A stretch of 64,000 nucleotides of DNA from the human T2T-CHM13v2.0 reference genome, Homo sapiens. Shown piece by piece: positions 54,960-64,000 of the stretch. The position numbers and the translations under genes are program-made. Each line of letters begins with the position of its first letter. The first letter of the stretch is position 1. The stretch lies in NCBI RefSeq assembly GCF_009914755.1, contig NC_060942.1. One strand, given 5' to 3'. The notes below the pieces were generated by a model. That model was not told where the DNA came from, ran no database searches, and saw only the letters and a program-made list of their open reading frames with translations.

Positions 54960-57360
54960 TTTTTTTTTATTTTCAAAATATTTGTCTCTAAATGTAAAGT
55001 GAGTCTCTTGTAGCTAGCACATACTTTGGTCTTTTGATGCAGTCTGAGAATCTCTTCTTTTTCACTTAGTGTTTATTACCATTTAATGTAATACCACTGG
55101 TTTGATTTATAGTTTCTGTTGTACTCTTTACCTTATGTGTTTTGCATTTGTTCTTCTTTTACTGCCTATTTTGTGTTAATATGAATTTTCTCCACCTTCT
55201 TTATTTGGGTATGTCTTTACTTCCCCTTTATTATTTAAATATAGTTTTGCTGGATGGAGAGTTCTTGATTGATACTTTGACCGTGTTATTCTTCTGACTT
55301 CTACCTTCCATTGTTTGTCATAAATCAGCTCTTAATTGTATTTTTTCTTTATATGGTATGAAGTTAGCTGTTCTTGTATGTGATGAAACTTTTTTGTTGC
55401 TTGTAGGATTTTCTCACTGTCTTTGTCTGTTTTTTTTTTCAGCAGCTTGATTATGATGTTTTGGGTGAAGATTTCTTAGTGTTTATGTTTCTTGATGTTG
55501 AACTTTTATCTGTAGATTACTGTGTTTCATCAAATTTGAGGAACTTTCAGCCATTAATTTTTTTTCTCTACTGCTTTCCGTATTTCTCGTAGGATCCTTA
55601 CTGTACTTTTATTGGAATGCTTTAGATTTTTCCATAGGTCTCTCCGGCTCATTCTTAAAATTTTCTCCTTCTGTTTCACCTTTTTAAAAAAAGTTTTTAA
55701 AATAATTTTTGCGTGGAGATCCTCTCTAGTTGTCTTACTGGTTTTTCATTTATAGAATCTCCTTGCCACATTTCTTGCTAGCCTGTCAGTTGCTCAAGCA
55801 TGGCTCACACTTCTGGGGTTGGCTGTGTGTCAGGATTTCCTCATTGGCTTTCTGTCAACTTTGTTACTTTTAGCTGACAAGGATGTGGGGTTTTGCCCTC
55901 ACCCCAGATTTCTTCCTCCCTTCCTCACCTTGGCACAGAGCTCCAGTTTTTTGTTTCAGTCTTGTGTCAGTAAAATTACCATTCTGCCTCTCCAAGTTGA
56001 GGAGTTGGTGGAGGGAACTGTAACATCCCAGGCAGGCACCCCTCCCACCAGCTCTCTTACCCAAAACTCTAGTAGTTTTTCAAGATAAAGTGCTTTTCAA
56101 TTTGTTGCTTTCATTTGATTTTCAGAATGTTGAAATTGTTGCTGTTGACAATTTTATGCAGTTTTATACTTATTTTTGAGATCTGTTGACCTCTTTTTGT
56201 GGCCAAACCTGCACGTTTCTCAGTGAGCCATTACCTCTCCCAAAGTTTCTTTTGTCACATTTTTCTTTCCCCTTTTCTGTTTTTCTACTTGAACTCTTTA
56301 ATTAGTTGACTATGTGTTAGACCTCTTGTAATTATTTCTTAGGTACCCGAGCTTCTCTTTACCTTTTTTAGTCCATTTTTCTCCGTCTGTTCTTCATATT
56401 GGATGATTTTTATTGATGTCTTCAAATTTATTGATTCTTTACTTTGTCATATTCATTTAAGTATTAAAGCCCTTGTAAAACTTGGTTATTTTATTTTTGT
56501 TTCTAAAATTCTCATTGGACTTTTACAAATATACTTTTTTTCTTATTTGTTGAGATTTTCTTTTAAGCATATTTCCTTAACTTCATTAGCTATGATTATA
56601 GCATAATAGTGGCTCTGAAGTCCTTTTAAAATAATGCCAGCATTGTGTCATTTTCATTGCTCCTTTTTCCCTTTGGGATTTGGTCACATTTTTCTGGCTC
56701 TTGCTATGTAGAATACATTTGTATTGCATCTTGAGCATTATGAATTTTATGTTGTACGGACTCTGGATTATGGTATATTGTTTCAAAGACTGGGTATGTT
56801 TTCATTTTAGCAGACAGTTAACTTGATTAGCATCAAATAGCAACTGTCATGTCTGTAGAAGTCAGCTGCTTGTATCTCATTTCTGATAGTTAAGCTTTAA
56901 TTGCCATCTGCCTTCTCTCTTCCTTGTTCCTACATGCTTTAGGTGTTCTGAGTTTATTCCCAGAATCAGGGCTCCTTTGGCTCTCCTTTATGGCTCTCTT
57001 TTACTTCTTATTCTCCCATGTCTGTTGTGTTGGAGCAGTTACCCTCTGATCCAGGAGTGCAGCTGGTTTTTCTGTTGTGAAAGGCTTCTTTCCTGATGCC
57101 TTCTCTCAGACAGTTCCAACTTTGGACATCTTCAGGATAAAGCCATCAAATAAAAGTGAGGAGGGTTTGGATATATTTGCATCATGGTTTGCTTCATGGT
57201 TTGGTTCTACTCCCAACCTCCAGCTTTTGTTTAATTTCCAGGACCTTCATACAGTTATTTAAAAAAAAATTTGGTCCAGACTTTTTAGCTCTTCTGGTGT
57301 GGGGCGGGGTGGGGGGGGTTTGTTTGGCAGAATCTCATTACTTCGTACCAGAAATGGAAA
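54960..57360 (-). mobile_element. Old L1M fragments (ORF2 5' part, ORF1, 5'UTR)
   Basis: taaagtgagtctcttgtagctagcacata...cagcagcttgattatgatgt...catcaaatttgaggaactttcagccatta. Confidence 0.65.
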
Positions 57361-57539
57361 GTCTCTAGTATATTTATTAAAAATAGTTCTCACTATTATT
57401 CCCAAGGCATTATATGTTTATTGTGAGAAACTGGGAGAAGCTAATAAATTGCAATGAATATGAAAAAAATCACTTAATCTACTTTAAAAATTTTTATATA
57501 ATTCTTTTGGTATTAGACAACTGAATGTATTGTACATAA

Positions 57540-57912
57540 AATTTTATTTTATTTTTTGTTCAAATTTATTTTTAATTGATGTAATAATTGTACATATTTG
57601 GGGATATAGTTTGATGTTTAAATACATGTGTACATGGTGAAATGTTCAAAGCAGGGTAATCAGTAAATCCCTACTTGAAATATTTATCATTTCTTTGTGG
57701 TGACAACATTCAGAATCTTCTTTTCTAGGTATTTTGAAATACACTATTATTAACTATAGTCATTCTCTTGTGCAATAGAACACCAGAATGTATCCCTCCT
57801 AGCTGCTTTGTACCCATTGGCCAGTCTCTTCCCATCTCTTCATGTCCTCCCCAGCTGCTGGTTACCACTTTTCTGCTCTCTACTTCCATGAGATCAACTT
57901 TTTTTTAAGATT
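57540..57912 (-). mobile_element. L1MA 3' end
   Basis: ttaattgatgtaataattgtacatatttgggg...gtgcaatagaacaccagaa...ccatgagatcaacttttttt. Confidence 0.85.
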
Positions 57913-57974
57913 TCTCTCTCTCTCTCTCTCATGCACACACACGTGAAATATATATGTGAAAAATATATATAGAT

Positions 57975-58490
57975 TTAAAATCTGCTTTTGCACTACATTA
58001 TGTGGGAAGTGCTTTCCTATGCCATTCAGTATTCTTGGTAGATAGTTTTATGGCAGTGTAACATTCCATCTGTATGGAGATGACAGTTTATGACCATTTC
58101 TTAATGCTTTCCATGTTGGTTGTTCACAGTTTTTTGCCTTTATATATGACCAGTGGAGGACATCTTTGCATATATTTTTGTGCTCTTTTCATGTTATTTC
58201 ATCAGGATAGATTCCTAGAAGTAGAATATTGGGTTTCAAAGTTAATAGTAATGTTTAAAGTTGTTATTACACACAATTAAAATGCTTCTCAGAAAATTTG
58301 ATCAATTTAACATCTGTGAGGCTTCAACCTTTCAAGCTTTAACTTTAGATTTTTTGGCTTTTTCTCATTCGATGTGTGGGAACTCTCACAATCTGTTTTT
58401 GATTAACTGTTTATGTCACGCATGTTCCTACAGTTTTTTGGGTAAATTTTTACATCTCTTCATTTTCAAATGAGCTGTTTGTGTTCTGTA
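57975..58490 (-). mobile_element. L1ME-like 3' fragments
   Basis: acattccatctgtatgga...ggttgttcacagttttttg...aggatagattcctagaagtagaat. Confidence 0.6.
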
Positions 58491-58505
58491 CCTATTAAGT
58501 ATGCC

Positions 58506-58720
58506 TTTTTTTTCTTTTGAGACAGAGTTTCACTCCTTCGCCCAGGCTGGAGTGCTGTGGTGCAGTCATGGCTCACTGCTACCTTGACCTCCTAGGCTCC
58601 AGTGAGCCTCTCAGCTCAGACTCCCTGAGTAGCTAGGACCACAGGCACACACCGCCACACCTAGACAATTAAACATAAAAACAGTTTCTAGAGAGATGGG
58701 TCTGCTGTGTTGCCCAGGCT
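58506..58720 (-). mobile_element. 5'-truncated AluJ
   Basis: Right monomer plus partial left monomer, with tgcct on both flanks. Confidence 0.88.
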
Positions 58721-60379
58721 TGCCTGATTGTTTTTAAAAATCAGCTTTTAAAACTATTTTATATAGATTCACAAAATTAAAAAAAATTAAAAACTATTTT
58801 TATGGGAGACGAGACAGAATCTATTTTCATGCAATTATAAAAGTAGTTTCTTTAGTATATCACTTTTTTTGTTTATCTCATTGAGTATCTTCATGTGTGT
58901 TACATCTTGTCATCTGCCTTGCAATCCAAAGTTTGTAAAAACTGGTGGAAAGTAACCAATAGAGTCTATTTTTATTTATTTATTTATTTTGTTAACAGTT
59001 GAACTTGGATTGAACCTTAATTTCAGTCTCTTAGAGTTTTTTCATATGGCTTAGGTCATTTTTTAAACTATAATACAATATGAAAAATTGCTTTCTTTTC
59101 ATTTTTATGTTTTCATGTGTAGCTTGACATTTGAGCAGGTGATGTTATGTATCTGAAAGATATTTATAATATATTAAGCAATACTTGTTAATGTTTGGTT
59201 AAAACACGATAGTCACACAAAACTGATGCTTTCTCTATTATGCAACTTCTTTTTGTGGATTGGCCTATCGACATCCTTATTGGATGTTGATTTTTGCTTG
59301 GATTCTATTATGACTGTGTAATGTTTTTGATATTGCCTTGAGAGTTAGGGAGAATGGCAGGGAGATTTTACTTCTGTGATATTTCTGTAGACACATTGTG
59401 CCCAGCTATTGTAGGGGGCGATGGTTAAATAATGGTAATATACTACATATAGTGTATTTTTAGAGCCACTTTCTAGTTCAGTGACATGAGTTGCAATCTC
59501 TTTTTTTTCCCTCTTTTATTCAGCTGTCCCCTTCCACTCAGCTCCCACTGAAGATTCGTTGCATCTCAAGCTCTTAGATGTATGTAGACTGCCTCTATGC
59601 TTTCTGCATTGGATAATTATGGCTGAGAGTCTAGTTTAATTACAAGACCCCATGATGAATCATCTTATTAGATGTGTGCTTCCAGTTAATCCCTCACATA
59701 TATTTACTATGTAGAGAACTGTATAGGACTGACCATCATGTCTGAATCATGAGAGCCAATAAGTTATGCCTAATATACTATGCATGGAAGGAATAACTTT
59801 ACTTTTGATAATAAAACTGTAAAACAGAACAAAATATTAAGATGCATAAACCAATTTACATAGAAATATGAAACAGCAATGTATTGGGAAAAATTTTGGA
59901 ATATGTATATATGTATTAACCTCAATTTACACATGAAGGAATTTCATTAACATGCCTTGTTTTGCTACCAATGATTGTTTTTATCCTATCTTGTCAGGAT
60001 ATTGTCAATTATGGTGTAACCTACATGTGGAGTTAAAGCATGGCCCACTAAGCAATCCTAATTCAGCTAGACATTGAATTATGAATCATAGGTTACTAAA
60101 TTAGTACACATTAGTTTTCATCTCCATAGGGAGATATTTAAGTTTCAATTCTGCAGAAATCTAAAGATCCTGGATTCATTATGCTCAGTACTGAGTGCAG
60201 TGCTTTGGGGGCAGTGTCAGTTGTGGGGGTGTCACAGAGTCTTGGGCATGTGCAGTATTTCGGTGCATCTTATTGGAGGTGAGAAGATCTTTAGACATTT
60301 TCTAAGATAGTCAATCTGTGGACAAGTATAGGGCTTTTTTGCATTTTTTCCATGTCTTAATAGGAAACCAGAATCATTT

Positions 60380-60530
60380 AATAAATCATTCATCAACAAT
60401 TAAGATTAATTTACTCAGTTCAGCTCTACAAATGTTGGGTTTCTATTATGTGCCAAGCACTTAGCTGGGTACTAAGATAAGTAAAGTGTGGTTTTTGATT
60501 TTCTTGATAGAACATAGAAAAACAACATTT
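60380..60530 (-). mobile_element. L2 3' end fragment
   Basis: ttgggtttctattatgtgccaagcacttagctgggtactaaga. Confidence 0.55.
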
Positions 60531-60628
60531 AGATCATCATGAAAACGGTGAAGGATTCAGTGAGAGTTTTTAGACAGGATGTGTGAACCGAGGTCAAGTT
60601 CTCCTGTAGAACGGTGGTGAAGAGGACA

Positions 60629-60709
60629 GTAGGAAGAGAGTGAAGGAAGAGAGTGAAGGAGTAGGAAGAGAGTGAAGGAAGAGAGTGAAGGAGTAGGAAG
60701 AGAGTGAAG
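60629..60709 (+). repeat. Purine-rich tandem repeat, 32-bp unit GTAGGAAGAGAGTGAAGGAAGAGAGTGAAGGA x2.5 (13-bp subunit)
   Basis: Units start at 60629, 60661 and 60693. Confidence 0.93.
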
Positions 60710-61029
60710 AGAGTTGAGCCCTCTTCCACCACAGCATCTCTCACTCATCCAGGTCCCTCATCCAGGTTCTGCTGGTTATTTGTTTTTTGGGTTTTGTGAA
60801 GATTATATATCGTTTGCGTTGAGTATTAGATAACAGTAGGTGGTCTCCGGGACACAGCCTGTAATGCAGTACATTGCTGTTTCTCTGGCAGCACAGGTGC
60901 GTGTTCAACACAGGGGCTCGAATGAAGTCTCCGAGTAGCTTTATGTTAGTGTTTTGCCACCAACTGATTAAACTTTGCATTTTCGTTACTTTTCAACTTT
61001 CAGAATTGTGAATAAGGGATTATGAACCT

Positions 61030-62260
61030 TCCCCGAATATATGTTAGGAGGGAGATGAGAGCAAAGGTATATGCAGATAGCAAGTCGCCATGCGCGGCAG
61101 GTAAGGAGTTTAGGATTCATCCTGCAGGTGATGGGGTTATTGAAAGTGCCGTCTGATGGCAAGCACAAAATGCATTTGAAGATGAAATCATTGAGCGTTT
61201 TGCACAGAGGAGTAGAGTGGCTCAGACAAGTCTCTTTTAAGAAGATACTTTAAATACCTGTGGTATCTAGGCTGGATTCGGACAAGAAGACAACAGGTGG
61301 AGATGCCAGTGATGAGCTTTTTGCTTCAGTGTGCTGGGGAGAAGGAGAGTGATGGAGGAGCGCCCTCTCCTACCGCAGCCTTCCTCATCCAGGACCCTTG
61401 GGGCAGATGTGGTTATTCATAGTTGTTGTTGTTGTTTTGGGTTTGAGAAAGGCTATATATTCTTCTAATATACATTAGAAAAAACTGCAGGATTTGGCCA
61501 TAAGAGGGCTTGGATAAGAGTATAGCAATGGGGATGGAAAGAGAATATGACCTTGAGAAACATCAGAAGAAACTGCCGAATTTGACAATGAATTTGATAT
61601 ACGAAGTCACAGATAAACAAATTCAAGACAATCTCAGAGTTCAAAGTGAATAATTCAGAGACTGTTTCAGAAGTTAGTAGTAGGGAGAGAGATGAGGGTG
61701 TTAGGTTTGGGCTATTTGATGAATGAATAGTCACTTTCTGTGAGATGGACCATAGCCCAGATAGCCCAGAATGAAGGATGTGTGCTGGCAGCATGACACA
61801 AGGAAGAGTTTGTTTGAAACACAGGCTCTGGGGTTAGCCCTGGCAGTAACTAGCTTTACCTGCTTTTTACCTAGCTTTTTCACCTTAAAGATTATGATGT
61901 GCCTGCTGAGATTCCTTCTAGTGTTGATTGCCAGTGTGTTCAATCAACAGATTGAGGTGTTGGTGGGCCACCTACCTCCACCGAGGGAGAGATGTACAGG
62001 AAGCAGCCAGGTAAGTGCCTGAGGCTTGTGAGGAAGGTGCGACCTGAAAGGCCTGTGTGCTTCTGACTCTCTTAGATGGTGGCGGAAGGCTTGGCAGTGA
62101 ATGCAGTTACCAGTGGAGAGCGTGCTGTGTGGAAAGGAGAAGCCATGGGCAGTGCTGGGGAGGCTCATCACAAGGAGGGCACAGAGGTGAAAACAGGAAA
62201 GGCTTGAAGTTGAAAGAGAACCACTTAAGTGCCTGGGGAATTTTAGAGACTAAACACTAG
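61030..62260 (-). mobile_element. Degenerate L2 fragments
   Basis: ggtaaggagtttaggattcatcctgcaggtgatgggg, ttttaagaagatacttt and gggcttggataagag...gggatggaaagagaa are antisense L2 motifs. Confidence 0.55.
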
Positions 62261-63404
62261 CCAGCAGTATTGAGTGGTACGGTTGTTTTTAAAAAAGAAG
62301 GGGCTCCTTTCCACTTTTAGTCACTGTTATGTCAGCAGCTGCTGTGACTTTTTTTCTCTCTGTGATGCTTAGAAGACAGGAGCATAACCAGTGTTTTCCA
62401 GTTTTGGTGCCAGGACAGGTTTGTATCTGACTATAGAATCTACTCCAAATTACTGGTTCATTACTGTACCTTTCAGTATCTTATTTTTATGGTCAGTACC
62501 CAGTGCGTACTTTAGACATAATTTGTTGCTTCTACTAAAATGAGGGGCAGGTAGTACTATTATGGAGTGATGGTCCGTAGAAGAGAACAATATACTTATT
62601 ACTGGTTACTGTTTATTGAACATCTACTTTGTCCTTGGGGGAAGTGCTAGCTTTCAGCAAAGGAGGAGAATTGCCTGTGAAAGATGAGAAGTTACCTAGG
62701 CAACTTCTTCTTAGTCACTCTTGTAGTTAGCTTGATTTCTGTTATTTTTCTTGTCCATTGATTTTTTAATAAGCCTTTTCTCCACTAGAGGAATGGTTTA
62801 CATAGTATGGATTCTCATGTGCTAGATGCTCCAGAGAAGAAAGGTCAAGTGTGGTTTGTGTGTGTGTGTGTTTTTTTTTGTCTTGCATGTTCGTTGGTTC
62901 CCTCATTCGTTTACTGTGAATTTGTTAAGTATTTGTGAGGAGCACTCAGCATATATAAAATATGCTGTGTTCTGTAGGGTAGAACATAGGTATAAGTAAG
63001 TTCATTCATAAAATGTGTTAATAAAATATCACTGGCATACAAAAGCAACATACACAGGGACCGTACACTTGGCTGGTAATCCTTCTGAATTTAATTAATT
63101 TAGGTCTGGAGTATTTGCCTTTATTCAGTATAAATATAAGGGGAATGGAAAAATATTTTTCATATTATTTTCAGAAACAGTTGCAAGAATAATAAAATTG
63201 GAAAAAAAAGCCTATTATCTTGTGACAGTTTTGGCCGGCAATATAGACAGAGGTAATTTGATCATAGAATTTGGCAGTGATGCATTATATAGTCAATAAC
63301 TTGAAGTATTGAACAGCTTCTTAAAAGGTGACACTTTTTAGATAGTTAATTGTAATCTCGTCCAATAGCGTTGGAAAAGCACGTTTGTTGTGTAATGACT
63401 CAGT

Positions 63405-63515
63405 ATTCATTCAACAAACGCCTGTGGAAGGCCATGTGCCAGGCGCTATTCTTGGTCCTGTGGGACAGCACCAATGAGATCATGTTCATGATCATGGTAC
63501 CTGCTCTTCAATGCT
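63405..63515 (-). mobile_element. L2 3' end fragment
   Basis: attcattcaacaaacg...ccatgtgccaggcgctattcttggtcctgtgggacagca. Confidence 0.65.
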
Positions 63516-64000
63516 GTGGAAGGAAATTGTGCATGGAAATTGGTTTGGAATTTTCAGTGTCTGGGAAGCTCTACAGGTTACTTGTAGTTTTTAATATTCT
63601 AATTAAGGTTTCTCAGGTACACTTTTTAATATTCTCTCTGTAATGGCTTCTCTAGCTTGAATGATTTTTAAAACATAGATTCTGTTACATTATCAGTCAA
63701 GATTAAAATGCAAGGAATGGCCATCCTCTTTAAAAAATTAGCACGATGACAGGTCATTTAACCCCTTCCTGTTGATACTTGGATGTTTCACTTTTCCTCC
63801 TGACTGGAGAAAAGAAGCAATTGCTGCCTTGTGTCCTGTCATTACCCGAAGTAGCTACTGCCCGTCACAAATGCTTGTGTCTCTGTAAATCTTCATTCTC
63901 TTCATTTATGGTTCAGGTCGCTGCTACTTTTCCTTTTGCTGTCACTGGTAACTATTTCTTGGTGTTGCCCTTTAAGGGTATCTTGTTCAACATTGATTAC

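Overview
This is primate, human-like genomic DNA with no recognisable protein-coding exon, structural RNA gene or CRISPR array. It is dominated by interspersed repeats: about 18 Alu copies or fragments, L1PA/L1M, L2, MIR, MaLR/ERVL LTRs, and Tigger4, MER58 and MER63 DNA-transposon derivatives. The + strand is T/G-rich, essentially all L1 pieces are antisense, and 13 of 18 Alus are antisense. This pattern fits a long intron of a gene transcribed on the + strand, but I could not identify the gene. None of the supplied ORFs is a convincing gene; most derive from Alu, L1, Tigger or tandem repeats. The best-supported unusual structures cluster in one old L1PA copy at 4.7-6.05 kb. It carries a ~195-bp templated copy of DNA from 1.8 kb downstream, a 15-copy 19/23-bp minisatellite built from its own 5' junction plus target-site duplication (TSD), and a 16-nt extra segment in its tail that creates a polyT-CAG|GTAAGT recursive-splice-like motif. 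Elsewhere there is a twin-priming L1 inversion, a perfect 4x36-bp VNTR abutting a G4 motif, a diverged ~120-bp local duplication, a nearly abutting inverted Alu pair, further AG|GT junctions, cryptic exon candidates and several CpG/TF-motif-rich unique blocks that may be enhancers. I found no evidence of a new multi-gene system. Repeat subfamily calls are from remembered consensus sequences and need RepeatMasker/Dfam confirmation.
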